The notes: generated from the letters alone by a model not told the origin. A stretch of 64,000 nucleotides of DNA from the human T2T-CHM13v2.0 reference genome, Homo sapiens (GCF_009914755.1 NC_060935.1), one strand, 5' to 3'; counted from the stretch's first letter, positions 29,014 through 42,619 are shown. Translations and numbers: made by a program.

Positions 29014-29655
29014 CAGATTGCTGGTGGGAATGTAAAATAGGGCAGTCACTGTGTACAGTGGTATGACAATCCCTAAAAATACTAAGCACAGAATTACCAT
29101 GTAACCCAGCAATTCCACTTCTAAGTATATACCCAAAGGAAGTGAAAGCAGGAATCTGAACAGGTATTTGTACAACCACAATCATGGCAGCATTATTCAC
29201 AATAGTCAATAGGTGGAAGCAACCCATGTGTCCATTGACGAATGGATAAACAAAATGTGATATATAAACACAGGGGAATGCTATTCAGCTTCAAAAAGGA
29301 AGGAAATTCTGACACGTGGATGAATCTTGAGGGCATTAGACTAAGTGAAATAAGCCAGACACAAAAGGGTAAAGATTGAATGATTTCCATTTATATGAGG
29401 CACCTAAAATAGTCAAGTTCGTATAGACGGAAGGTAGAATGGTGGTTGCTAGGGGCTCGGGTGAAGGAGGAATGGTAGTTATCATTTAATGGATACCGAG
29501 TTTCAGTTTGAAATAACGAAAAAAGCTCTGGAGATGGATGGTGGTGATGGTTGCACAACAATGTGAATGTACTTAATGCCACTGAACTGTACACTTAAAA
29601 AATAGTTAAAAATGGTAAATTTTATGTTATGTATATTTTACCAATAAAAAAATGA
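29014..29655 (+). mobile_element. L1MB-type LINE 3' end
   Basis: ttgctggtgggaatgtaaaat...cccagcaattccacttct...aatgtacttaatgccactgaactgtacacttaaaa...ccaataaaaaaa. Confidence 0.9.
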
Positions 29656-31569
29656 AAAGAATATATTAGGAAAAGGGTGACGCTGCACCAGAGATGCTAC
29701 AGAACTGGCCTCGGTGAGTACTGCATTTGTGCCACAGCGAAGTTGAGAGCCAGCAAGTCTACCCTTGCTCGAGTGGAAAGCACTCCGTAGCTGCTGTGAC
29801 TCAAACTACAACGTCTGCATTAGGAAAAGGAGTCCCAAAGACTGTCAGGCCTGTTGCAGGATAAAAAGATGGAGACTTGCCTGACCTTACAGTCCAAAGT
29901 TCAGCACCCTGAGGCAGGCATATGATGAAAAAAAAGACCTTGAAAAAATAGAGATGTTCCCTGGAAGTTGACTATGGGGGCTAAATCTTATTTATGAAGA
30001 GTAAATGTTCCTCCGGCCCTCAGATATTTAAGCAAAATTCATCCTGACAATTTTATCTCTAGAATTTTTTGTCTAATCTTATTTCAGATTCTGAAGGGAA
30101 GCAACATCTATTTCTTACCACAAATGAAAACTTTGCTACGTTCTAGGAGATTATCCTGTGTAAACATTGAGGCAGAGATGCTGGGCACTCACTGTCTTGC
30201 ATAAATTCATTTGATCAACTTATCAATTGTAAGTTAGCAAGTTTTCATGGCTCCTTCAAGTGCTGTCAAACTCAGAGGCCTGGGATATGGGTGCTGGAGG
30301 GAGACCAGGGGAAATACTGCAGCTATCAATACAATAATCTGCGTTAAAAAACTTGGAAAGCTTTGCCCTACTTTTGGGCACATTTCTGAGAAAACAAAAC
30401 TGAAAGTTCACATTGAACACCTGTTCTTCATTACCTCCTGCTTTCCAGGGTAAAGATGTCCCCATTACCAGGGAGTAATCAAAGATAGAAGCATTCCTTT
30501 AACCTAACAATACACTGAAAACAGCAAAAAGCAAACAAAATGGAAAATCTACAAGCACTAAGCCCCAGTATGAACTCATTTGTGTGATTCTATGACACAG
30601 CTGGAAAGAGAGCAAAAATCACCCACAACTTATACACTCAACTTGGGCGGGAAGGAATAATAGACTTCAATACACGCTCTGCATTAAAAAATCACTGCAT
30701 AATTGTAAAATAATATGAAGATACCAAGAGTCTTTTAAAAGTATGTTCAAAAATACTCTTAAAAAGGAAAGGGACAATTAGTCTTTTTAAAATTTTTAAG
30801 TATTATTTTAAACAATGACTTCCTTTATTAAGGGGAAAAAATGCTGTTTCTATTTCTGGCCAGCAATCTATTTTCCTGGACTGGATCTCCAAGAGAAGTT
30901 TACTAATGTCCAAGTACTCGCAAACAAGAAGTCTAATAATGTTCCATTCCCATCCCCTCTAACTTCCATATAATCGATTAAATAAAAAGCCACTGTAGTA
31001 TTTTTAATTGATGGAAAATGAAGTAAATAGATGTATTTATTATCCACATGGCAAAAAGTATGGAAAAGGGCACAGTCCCTATCATCTGGTATTTATTTGA
31101 TGAATGGAAAGTTTAACAAGATGTTTTAAAAGGCACATATGAAGAGATTTTAAATCTGGAAAGAAAAGGGTCATACAGAAGGGGAACAGTTGGGAAAACA
31201 GCATTAACTATTGGAGGGAGAAAAGTTGACTTTCCTAAAGAACCTGTGGTTTTCCTAAAAGGAAACAAGAGTCAGCAATAGTTCAATGACTTTGCAATTG
31301 AATCTGTCCATTTTTATTCAAATGGTAAACTTACAACAGGGGTATAAGAAGTGAGAAATCTCTACCACCTTGTCTTTGTACAGATTTATCTCACTACGAA
31401 GGTTTTCTCGGCTATCCACTCAGGGCAATTTTGAAATATCAATTGCAATGTAATCCTGATAACAACTGAAGAAAATAAACACCAAATGATTGTAATTGTG
31501 TAAAGAAAATGAGCTTCAAAGACAAGCTGTTTATTTCCTACCCCCAGTAAACAGCTCGTAGTGGACATT

Positions 31570-32075
31570 TGTTAGTTGGTTTCCTATACTCATTCCTCCA
31601 TTTCCTCTCCCCAACAGCCCCAACTTCCATTTGGGGATCCACAGTGAAGTGGCTGCACTTCAGGCCCAGCAAGATGGCACTTGTGACCCAGGCTAAGGCC
31701 ATTTGTGCATTCCACCCCTTTAGCCCTGGAGGTTGGTGCAGGCATGAGCATAGGAGCCAAATCAGCCAGCAGGCTCAGTCTCTGGATTTTGCTCTTTCCT
31801 CCCAGCTTAGTTCTGCGAAGTGGCTGGCCATCATTTTGAAAGCCTAAGGAGACAGCATGCCTGAGGATGGAGCCAACCTGTGAGAAATGGAGCTCAGAAG
31901 TGTAAAGGAAGAAACAGTATCTGGGTTACATGTTAAGGCCACATCAAAATCTCTAAAGCCATATCTACCTTTGAAGTTTTAAAATATGGAGACAATAGAT
32001 TGCATTTGTACAAGATTGTTTGGGTTGACTTTTCTTAACATAAAATTGCATGGAACATAAAAATCCTAACTGATA
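31570..32075 (+). mobile_element. Old MLT1 (J/K-like) LTR
   Basis: gtgacccaggctaaggcca, gcctgaggatggagccaac, and terminal atcctaactgata. Confidence 0.6.
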
Positions 32076-32099
32076 TGGGATTATGTCTAAACTGTTATT

Positions 32100-32100
<1 letters not shown>

Positions 32101-32131
<31 letters not shown>
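32101..32131. repeat. (TA)8(CA)7 compound microsatellite
   Basis: Read directly from the sequence. Confidence 0.95.
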
Positions 32132-32516
32132 TTAAATGAAATAACACATAATTTGAACCCTACAATGGTGAATTTTAGAAAATATAGGTCAGGGAAGAGC
32201 TAGGTTGAAATTTACCCACGCAATACCTAAAAAACAAAATTCAAAGAGACATTTAAACTATTTGACTAAAAACTGGTATATAGCAAGTGTTCAATATAAA
32301 TTTGATTAGTTATATCGACATATATCTATGATACCTTAATAACAATGTAAATATTATCCTAACAAGTAAGTGATATGATAAATACATCAGCTTGTTTAAG
32401 TTGATCTTTTATCAGAGGCAGAGGTTATCAGACTTGGATCTCATGGACTAGTAAAATTTCAAGGAATGTTTAGGTACTAATAAGTTGTTAATTTTTATTC
32501 TACCATGAAAGGATAC

Positions 32517-32518
<2 letters not shown>

Positions 32519-32550
<32 letters not shown>
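32519..32550. repeat. (AC)16 microsatellite
   Basis: Read directly from the sequence. Confidence 0.97.
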
Positions 32551-32554
<4 letters not shown>

Positions 32555-33527
32555 CACTTGACTATCGTCTACATTTCAATTTTAAAAAATTTAAGCCTAA
32601 AAAGTAGGATGGACATAATTTCACAATGAGGGATCATCCTTCCCAAGAAAGAGAAATTGATAACACTACATTGAAAACACAACCTACTTACACATGTCAT
32701 CCTTTCTTTCTCACTTTGCCATGGTAATGTCAAAAAGTTTACCTTTAGTTTCTTGTTGTACTTGATTTTAATAAGCCACTTTGAAACTCAGGCTTTTCAC
32801 TTCTTCAAACTGGCTGTTTTCTAATCATCTGGATAAACAGTTGGCATTTCATGTGTCTGTTTTGTGCCATTGGGCAGAAACCTGCTAAGTTATTTTGCTT
32901 ATCAGAAGAATCTCTGATCAACTTCAGAGACAAACCTGGGAATATTCAAAGCTATGATTTGTTGTTTTATCTCTAATCAATTCACTTTTATGGTTTATAA
33001 TTTTATAAAATTATAATTTCATAATTTGTGTTTAGTTTCTATTGTGATAATGTGGGGATTTAGACGAGTAACTAACTCGTCTTCAAGGAACTTATCAGGT
33101 TGGGGAGGCATTGCTAACACAAATAAGACACCACGGATATCTATCACAGGCTCGTTCAATTCAACTCAGTTAAGAGATAGGCTTTAGTAGTAAGCAAACA
33201 GTCCTATTTCTACTACTCACTAGCTATATAGTTTTAGGCATGTAATCTCTAGGTCTAAGCAATGTGGTCTGAAAATTAGAGTTAGTATACTTTCTTCACA
33301 AAGTATGTTGTGAAGATGAACTGTTCAGCAGTATCTGGTATATGGTAAGTTCTCAAACGGAAGTGATGCTAAGCAAATTAAAATGATCTCAAATTCACAT
33401 TGGAACTGCATTTGGAGTTCATGTAGATATGGTAAGCTGGTGAGGCTGTAATATAAAACAATTGGAAATAGTTATGGGAACTACCACACACTGGACAGTA
33501 AATGTTCCACAAGAAGACCTTTAAACT

Positions 33528-33847
33528 TGTTTGGTTTTTGTGTGTTTTTTTTCTTTGGAGATAGGGTCTCACTCTGTCTCCCAGGCTGGAATGCTGTGGC
33601 ATGATCTCAGCTCACTGCAACATCAGCCTCCCTGGCTCAAGCAACCCTCCCAACTCAGCTTCCTGAATAGCTGGGATTACAGGCCCACGGCATCATGCCT
33701 GGCTAAATTTTGCTTTTATTTTTGGTAGAGATGGGCTTTCACCATGTTGCATAGTCTGGTCTTGAACTCCTGGTCTCAAACAATCCGCTCACCTGGGTGG
33801 GCCTCCCAAAGTGCTGGGACTACAGGTGTGAGCCACCATGCCCAGCC
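33528..33847 (-). mobile_element. AluJ SINE
   Basis: gagatagggtctcactctgtc...cctggctcaagc...gagccaccatgcccagcc. Confidence 0.92.
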
Positions 33848-33969
33848 TAGCCTTTTCTGCTTTGTTTAAATAAAATACTGCACATGGAAAACAACATATT
33901 TAGATTCCAAATGTAGCCCTAATTTGTGACCTTTGGTAAGTAGAATCTGAAGCAGCAGCAAAAACAGTA

Positions 33970-34171
33970 CAGTTGACCCTTGAACAACACAGGTTTGAAC
34001 TGTGTGGGTCCACTTATACACGGATTTTTTTCAACCACACACAGACTGAGAATACATTTGCAGGATGTGAAACTCATGTATATGGAGGGCAGACTTTTTG
34101 TATATATGTGCTGATTTGAGTATACATGGGGGTCCTGCAACCAATCCTCCACATATACTGAGGGATGACTG
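33970..34171. mobile_element. MER8-like Tigger (TcMar) MITE
   Basis: TA|CAGTTGACCCTTGAACAACAC ... ACTGAGGGATGACTG|TA: TIRs with a TA TSD. Confidence 0.85.
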
Positions 34172-36477
34172 TATAGGGCTTCAGTGTCTTTGAAAGCTAC
34201 ATCCAAGCTTATAGTAATTACAAGGCCTTCCCCAAATATTAAAATACCATCCTATTTTACTCCTGTGCACAGCACTTCTCAGTGCCTGATATTCTTTTAC
34301 TTTTCTTTTCAGTTGGCCTGTTCCTTGCTAGAATGTAACTCCATGAGTGCACACTCTTTGCTCTTAAGCCTGCAAAAGAAGAATAGATCTATAACTATTG
34401 AATGACAAAAATGAAAGGTATTATTATTTGTTCCTGTGGATTTCTATATAGAATCTAAGCTTCTGACCTACAAATTTTAGTCTCTGAAACTTAATAGACT
34501 TATCTTCCCCCTTTGAATCAGGATTCAGCTAAGAGAGCAAGGTATGATAGAGTCAGGTAATTCAATCTAGGAATTAATATTAAATTGGAGCATTACTTTC
34601 AAAAGTGTTAGAAGAGGAATGTGGATTTAGCAACCGAAAGATGCTGCACCCTGCCATGGGGCTGGAGTGATGAAAGGAAGAGGTGCTGCTCAGCTGGAGG
34701 CCAGGAGCACCCTGACATCCGGTCCAATGGTGGGCTGTCCAGCTGGATCCATTGAGGAAAGGGCCCTTCAGGGATCGCTGGACCCTAGATGGCAGAGGTC
34801 AATCTGCCCTTTGATGCAGAGGGGAGCAGGGCAATGAGGAATGGGGCTGAATGCAAAGAGCAAAGGATCAGGGTAGCCATTGAGTTTTAAAACATCAATA
34901 CTGAAGGGGCAGTGATGCAAATGAACCAAAGGTTAGACCAGAAACTGGGCTGATTCTATTATTTTCTCCCAGTTTGAATGCTTTTGCAAATTCAACTGAA
35001 ACAGTGCTTTGTGGCCCCAAATACCTACTGCATTTTTGGATAAAATGCATTTGGAAGAGATAATTGTTAAGGCCTATACAAGCATAACATTTAGATTCTA
35101 TAATTCCATGCCAACTCTGGTAACAACGGGAAACCATGCTTAATACATATGCCTATTTGAACACACTTCTGAGCCTCTGAATTGAATACGTGTGTGTATG
35201 TATGTGTCATATTATAACATACCCTTTATGCATATACAAAAATTTCGAATTTTTCCTTCACATGACAGAATTGTTGATAGAGATATTAATCTGTGTTTGA
35301 TTTTCTCTCCCTTATTCTAAGAAGACCTCGTGCCCCTTTGCCTCAGGGGTGTTTGTATGTGATGGTTTAAACAGAAGTTGCAAAAACACCCCACCCCCAC
35401 ACTTTCTGGCTTTTGCTGTCACTGAGGGCACAAGGCTAGATCAACACATATGGGAGGAGAGCCAGGTGAGTGCCTTTGGAGACAGGGGTGAGGGTGAAGG
35501 GCTTCCAGACACAGTCAAGATTAAGCAGGAGGGGGATTCCTCTAGAATGAAAAGGGAGGGATTGTCTGGAGTAGTGAGGACTCAGCTGGAATTCCTGGCA
35601 AGGGGGCAGGCTTAGTGGGGGAGTGACAAGCTCTCAGCTGGCACAGCTGTGTGATGTCCCAAATCATGCCATCACTCCCAGCTTGGGAAGGGATCCCCAA
35701 GCCCAAGTCAGTGAAAACAGAGACATTGCCTAATTTTAAGGGCCCAGTACCTGATGGATACTAACAGAGGACCCATCAGCAGTGGCCAGTGTGGACCACA
35801 GTCCAGAGGGCTCCCACCAAATGGCCTGGATCTCCCCCAGGCCCTGGGCTGGGAGCCAAGGTCGAGTGAACCCCCATTACAAGTGCGATCTAATTCTTTC
35901 CCACTCCAAGAGACAAGACTCAGATTTAGATTTACTTCTACTCTAAAAACAAACAAACAAATATATTGATGTGAAATTTCTTGCATCTGCATATCATAGA
36001 ATAACATTCACACCTGCTACACATGTTTAAATGTTTAAAAACTCGAGTTGCTGGTGCAGAGTTATTGCTCACGCCTTGGGCTTTCATCAAGAGATGCAGC
36101 TGTGGAACTGTTGGGGGTAGGAGGGGGCTGGTTTTATTCAGAATCCTTAGCTCCAAGATGTGCTTACTGATGCTATGGCAGAACCAAGGCAAAACAACAT
36201 GGAGGCTCCTTGGAGATCACTTGGAATGGACCAACAACCACATCCTACAGCTCTCCCCAGAGGCCCCCGATGCAAGTAAAAGATGCCATGTATTACAACA
36301 GTGTATCCCAAGCTTCAGTCCTCATGTACTAGAGTCATGATTCATTAGCTACATCTGTGTACCACCTGTACTAATATTTACTAAGTATTTCTCTACATAT
36401 GGTATCACTTTTATTACTTAAATAAATTTATCCTCATCCTAAACAAGAATATCCATGAAATCACAAATATGGCATAC

Positions 36478-36480
<3 letters not shown>

Positions 36481-36513
<33 letters not shown>

Positions 36514-36520
36514 CTCTCTC
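36481..36520. repeat. (AC)15(TC)5 microsatellite
   Basis: Read directly from the sequence. Confidence 0.97.
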
Positions 36521-37571
36521 TTTCAATATGCATGCAATAAATACATAATTACTAAAGAACAAATGTGCACCTCTGCACCACCTAAGATTGTGTCACACTT
36601 CACCATGTGGCATAGCCTACCACTGTATGCATTGCTGTAAGAACTATAGTTGTTCTGGATATTCTAATCTCATTTTCTCTTCCCATCAATCTCAGTTTAC
36701 AAACTTTGATAACTTTTTGATGATGACTAGTCTGAATATAAAATGGCATTAAGGGAGAGTGAAAGAGAGGCCAAGGGGAAAAAGAGGGTAAAAGGAGGAG
36801 AAGAGGTAAAATAATTAGGAGAGAAGCAGAAAGAAGAAAGGAGAGAGAAAAGAAAGAAAAGATGCCCAGGCAAGATATACAAATAAAAATATTAATCATA
36901 TAGGAACCTCCATATTGTGTCTGTGTGTGTGTGTAACACAATCACACCAGGAACTCTGTTCACCAAAACCATGGCTACCTCATGAGGGGTCAGTATTATC
37001 TTCAATGATTACACAACACTGGTCCCAATCATAAACCTGAAAATAGGAGGCATTTATGCTCTGATCCCCCAGATTCTTCCAGGGACCCTTGTAATTCACT
37101 CCACCACTGGATCTTTGCCTTTCACACCATGCAGACTTAACAGCAAGCTGCATAGCCAGCCCTCCCTACACCTTCCCCACTTACCTTCCTTATCAGTTCA
37201 GGAAGAAATTTCTGCAAAACTCTTCCCCTGGTCACTGATATCTCTGGGAACCAAATCCATTAAGATATTTTTGATCCTTACTCATGCTATTTTGAATGTC
37301 TGGTGCACAGGAAGGAACCGATAAAAATAGAATTACAATGCCCTTACCGCCAAAGTAGCAAAGGAGCTGATTAAGATTGATGTCTGAATAAATATACAAT
37401 AGCAGGCCCTACATTTAATAGTCTTTGATGGAAGTGGAAAAGAAGTGTAGTTTTCACTGACTTTATGTGTGTGCATTTCTGTTTTCTTACCATCTACTTT
37501 TTTCTTAAAATATGGACTATCTTTTTTTAATATCAAAAGTAGTATTGAATAGTAATGACAACAATAATACA

Positions 37572-37740
37572 AAATAATGGCTAATATTCATTAAGCACTT
37601 ACTAGATGACAGACATGGTCCTAGAAAGTTTACATGTATTAACTCACCTAGTTCCCATAGCAGCAAACAACCTAATAAGGATGCATGCCTACTGTTACTC
37701 CTTTTTATAGATGAAAAATCTCAGAATCGGAGATGTAGCA
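37572..37740 (-). mobile_element. MIR SINE
   Basis: aataatggctaatattcattaagcacttacta...tttttatagatgaaaaatctcaga. Confidence 0.65.
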
Positions 37741-38599
37741 GCAGCATAGCAGAAAGAGCCAAGTTCAGTCCTACTTCTCCAATTAAGTATATTCTCCTAT
37801 TAAGTACATTACTATAATGTTAATATCTCTTGAACCTAGCCTCCTTTTCTATAGTTAAAGGTACTCAAGGAGCAGGTAGAGAACTAAATAGAGAGGTGTG
37901 TAAAGCCCTTCAGAGAGTGCCTCCCCCAGGAGTAAGCCCTCAAATGCAATGTGTTATTATCATTATCATTATCATCTTCACCATCATTATCATTATCATG
38001 ATCACTCCTTCCATATCCCCCATTGATTAGCAGGCAAATGGTTTCCCTCTCTACACTTATTAATCTGATAATATAAAACAAGTAAATTTCCCTAAAGGAG
38101 CATGGTCTGATTCTTAAGAATTCTTCAAGGAAAGCACTTATGGCTCATTATCACTGTGTCATGGAAGGTACCCAGAGAACTCCATGGAGAGTAGCTTCAG
38201 CCCAGCTAGAATCATGTCATTCGACCAGCAATATCTAAATTATTTGCTGCAACTTCAACTTGTGAGTGGTTGTACAAGTGCTTGGTGACTGAATTTTTTA
38301 TCTGTCCATGTTAATCACTTTATCCACTTTGATTTTAGCACTTTCTTTTATGAAAATTTATTATTCATTTTCATTTTTAAGGTACACATAGGATGGTCCA
38401 TCATGAGGTGGACAGCTGGAGAGTCAGCTCATGATTCTAATGTAAGAGGTTTTGGAAAACCTCCCTTCACTTGTCCCCTACCCTACTGGCCCAGTATGGT
38501 CAGTCAAGCAAACAAGCCCCCATAATAAGCAGCAAGCACCACTTAAAAGTTGATTGAAGAATATATAAATTATAGTTAGATGGGAGGAATTTTTTTTAA

Positions 38600-38874
38600 A
38601 TGTGTCCAGAATACTCAAACATATAGAGACAAAAAGGAGATGAGTAATCGTCTGGAGACAGGGGGTAGAGGGCAGAGAAATGGCCATTAGTAGAATTAGA
38701 GAAATTATCTACTCATAGTTATGAAGTTTCTTTTTTATGTGATGAAAACATCCTAAAATTGACGGTGGTAATGACTGCCTAACTCTGAACATACCAAGAA
38801 CCACTAAATTATACACTTTAAATGGGTGATTTGTACGATACATGAATTATATCTCTACAAAACTTTTTCTAAAA
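38600..38874 (+). mobile_element. L1M 3' end fragment
   Basis: gtgatgaaaacatcctaaaattga...ccactaaattatacactttaaatgggtga...tgaattatatctc. Confidence 0.8.
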
Positions 38875-39329
38875 GCCAACTGCCTTCATATCACTTACAG
38901 TCTTATCTAAATCATCTGTGCCCTGAGCTATTTTTATCTATATCCCCCAAATCTCCCACTCTTCCCAGCTAAGGGCCTGGTGGCTTATTTCTACTTCCAG
39001 ACTCATGTTGCTACATTCTTTATCCTAACCCTTAGTACCATGTTCTAGTTTCAATGGCCGCTTCTTTCCTTGCTTCTTTCCCACCTCCTCTGCCTCTAGC
39101 CATCCTGCATAGACCAATTTTTAACCTCTAAGATTCTCTCCATAAATATACCTCCACAGATAATGGAAGAAAGAAGCTTGCAGGATGTGCCACCTAGAAA
39201 GGGTGCCCAGCTATATCCTGAGAAAATCATCAAACGTTTCTCACAATAGGGCTCCTTGGAAAAAGACTCAATTAATGGTTCATTATCAGATTACTAGAGA
39301 ATCATTTAATATTAGCCAGCAAGCCAGAA

Positions 39330-40020
39330 ATTTAATCTTAACTTCTCCCTTGCCCTCAGCCCATTAGTTCTAAACCTTTCAATTCTGTCTTCTCCGCTTG
39401 TCTTGGGTCTTTCTTTCCTGTTCACCTCACGTGATGATGCTTCAAAGTAAGATCCTCAACATCTTGTTCCTGGACAATTATAACATTCCTGGTCTCACTT
39501 CCTTCCCATTCCCTTCATCTTAGTCCACATTGCTGCTAGAGTTCTTTCCAAAAGATAAATATAGCCAAATAATTGTCCTGCTTAAAACCTTTCCATGGTT
39601 CACCAAAACCACAGGATACCATCCAAACTCTCTCACCCGGCACATGAGGCCCTTATGACCTTCTCATCTTACCACACATGTCCTGCATTCTAACTTGCTT
39701 CTACTCATTGGGCATGCTGCCCTTTCTGCCTTAAATATCCTCTTCCAGATTCGTCTCAGTCTTCCTGAAGCTTGTCCTTACCCAAGCTGAATTGGGTGCT
39801 CATCATGTCTGTCTCCCAAGTCATCTTACAAAATTGCTGTAGCACTTGTGACAGTCTGTTAAATGATCTACTTCTCTCTCTCTTTTACTAAGAGGCTAAT
39901 AAGGTTTTCTGGGGACAGTATTTTAATTTGTCCATTCCCATATTCCCAGCACCTAGGACTGTGCCTGACATTACAGTGAGCAGGCGTTCGATAAATGGTA
40001 GTTAAGTTAATGAACAAATG
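39330..40020 (+). mobile_element. L2 LINE 3' region
   Basis: cctgcttaaaacctttccatgg, atccaaactc, cccagcacctaggactgtgcctgaca...ataaatg. Confidence 0.75.
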
Positions 40021-40321
40021 AAACTTGAGAAGACACAGGAATAAGTTTCTACCATTGATGCAGGGGTGCACATGTGTCCTGATTTGCTATCTTTTTCTCT
40101 TAGAACCATAACCCATGGATTTTTGAAGGACAACTAATCAATTTAATGCCCAGACTCAGAATAATCTCTATAAACCACATGCAACCAAATGACAAAAAAA
40201 AAACATTTTTCAGGGTTGCTAAAGTCAAAGCGTGATTCTTGTCAATCCCAGCTCAGTGCACGCCATTTGTGCACAACATTTGGGTATATCTACAGAATAT
40301 GTCTCTCAAATTAAGCGGTAA

Positions 40322-40625
40322 GGCTAGGCGCAGTGGCTCCTGCCTGCAATCCCAGCACTTTGCGGGGGCAAGGCTGGAGGACAGTTTCAGTCTAACAATT
40401 TGAGACCAGCCTGGGCAACATAAGATCCCATCTCTACAAAAAACTAAAAAACCAGCCAGAGGTTGTGGTGCATGCTTGTGGTCTCAACTACTTGGGGGTC
40501 TGAGGTGGGAGGATTGCTTGAACCTGGAAGCTTGAGGCTGCAGTGAGCCGTGGTGGTGCCATAGCGCTCCAGCCTAGGCAACAGAACAAGGGCCTGTCTC
40601 GAATAATAATAATAATAATAATAAT
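40322..40625 (+). mobile_element. AluJ SINE with (AAT)n tail
   Basis: Alu dimer followed by aataataataataataataataat. Confidence 0.92.
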
Positions 40626-40744
40626 TAAGCATGAAAATGAAGGGAGAAGAGGACCTTAGTTGCAGTTTAGGATACTGTGACTCAACAGAGATTTTCAACC
40701 TGATGCTCACAGAGAGGTTTCACACTTTTGCTCCAAGTACCTTC

Positions 40745-41160
40745 ACAACCCAAGTGTCCATCAACAAATAAATGGATAAACAGCATGTGATGTATACATA
40801 CAATGAAATATTATTCAGCCTTACAAAGAAAGGAAATTCTAACACATGCTACAACATGGATGAACTTTGAAAGCATCATGCTAAGTGAAATAAGCTGGTC
40901 ACAAAAGGACAAATGTGTAATTCCACTTATGTGAGTTACCTAGAGTAGTCATATTCATTGAGACACAAAATGGAATGGTGGTTACTCGGGCCTGGGTAAG
41001 AAGGAAATGGGAGCTAGAGAACTGAGTTTCAGTTGGAGAAGCTGGAAAAGTTCTGGAGATAGTGGTGACAATTGCACAACAATGTACATGTACTTAATGC
41101 CACTTAAAATGGTTAAAATGGTAAATTCTACAATATACACATTTTACCACTATAAAAAAT
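40745..41160 (+). mobile_element. L1MB-type LINE 3' end
   Basis: caacccaagtgtccatcaac...atgctaagtgaaataagc...tacttaatgccact...ggtaaatt. Confidence 0.88.
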
Positions 41161-41742
41161 GTTGTAGAATAGAATCAAAAATATCAAAGTGCATATTATG
41201 TACAATGGATAAACATCCTCTATGAAATTTTTATTTCAGTTCAAATAGTTATATATACTTATTTTTGGTGTAAAACAGATTTCTTACTGTGAGTTGTGGT
41301 TAAAAAAAGTTTAAAAGCCACTGTTCCAAAAAAGTATCTTTAGCAGCTACATGGTATTCTATCGTATGGACACACTGCAATTTGTAAACCATTCCCTTGG
41401 TTTTGGACATTTTTTGGCTGATTCTCTCTGTGGTGAACACTTTAAATACAAGCCTTGGCATGTATCTCTATTTCACCTCTCGTCACGCATTTATTTTCTC
41501 AGCTTGTTTCTGTAATCATTTCTGTACCTCACAATCAAACTCTCTAACAGTTTCGGTTTTGTCTTTTTATCTGGTTTGCATTAGTAACCATGAACATAAA
41601 CTCCATCTTGCCAAAGGTCCTACCTAGCTTCTGGAAATGCCTCTGTCCGCCTCATGTATCCAGTCCATGATTTAAGGCTCTCAACAGAAAACTTCAATGG
41701 CAAGAGATATTAGCAAAGTATTTCCTCTGTTGCCACTGCCAC

Positions 41743-42369
41743 TATGATGGGCAGCCTCTAAGATGATGGGTAGCCTCTAAGATGTTCCCAGCGATCTCCC
41801 TGTCTGGTATTCATGCCCATATGTAATTGTTCCTCCCTTGGGTGTGGATATGAGCTGGACCTAGTGACTTGCTTCTAATAAAAAAAAAAAGTTCAGCCAA
41901 AGTGATGGAGTATTACTTCTGAGATTAGATTACCAAAAGACCCTGCTTTCCATCTTCCTGCATCTTTCTGCTCCTTCTGATTCAAGACAGTTACCATGTT
42001 GTGAGCTGCCCTGTGGAGAGGTCCATATGGCAAGGCATAGAGGAAGGGCACTGGCCAATAGTAAACAGAAAACCCAGAAAACCATGAGAAACTGAGGCCT
42101 TCAGTCCAACAACCTGTGAGCAACTGATTCCTATCAACAACCACCTGAGTAATGTTGGAAGTGGATTCCACCCAAGTCATGCCTTGAAATGAGACCACTA
42201 TTCTGGACGACATCTTCATTACTGTCTTGTGAGAAAGACTGAGCTAGAGGACCCAGCTAAGCTGCACCTTGGTTCCTGACCCACAGAAGCTGTAAGATAA
42301 TAAATGTTTGTTATTTAAGAAGCTGCATTTTGTGGTGAATTTTTTACATAGCTATAGCTAACCAATACA
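41743..42369 (+). mobile_element. MLT1F-like (MaLR) solo LTR
   Basis: gggcagcctctaagatg...ggacctagtgacttgcttctaa...ctaaccaataca; perfect 5-bp TSD GCCAC (41738-41742 / 42370-42374); 19-bp tandem duplication at the 5' end (41744-41781). Confidence 0.88.
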
Positions 42370-42619
42370 GCCACACTGTCAGATTGCTGGGCTTAATGGA
42401 AGTTTAAGAAGGCATTTACCATTCCAGGATTTTCAATTCATCATCACCACCACCACGGTTGAGAGTGTTCTAGCTTCCTGTGCCATGAACAGATGGCCAT
42501 GGTCCTTGGAAAAAGAGGTTGGAAGACAACTAGGACCAGGAACTTAAAATTTTTTCCACTAGTGAGGTTCCTCTTAGTGACGTCACTTACCTCATGTGTT
42601 TATCTTTGAGAGAGAGGGT

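Noticed and set aside
29900-29920. REST/NRSE-like TTCAGCACC (also near 18941)
   Set aside because: Only the left half-site is present; no correctly spaced GGACAG.
34780-34797. CTCF-like ACCCTAGATGGCAG (and near-matches around 4430, 54045, 58500)
   Set aside because: Mismatches at informative positions; cannot be supported without ChIP data.
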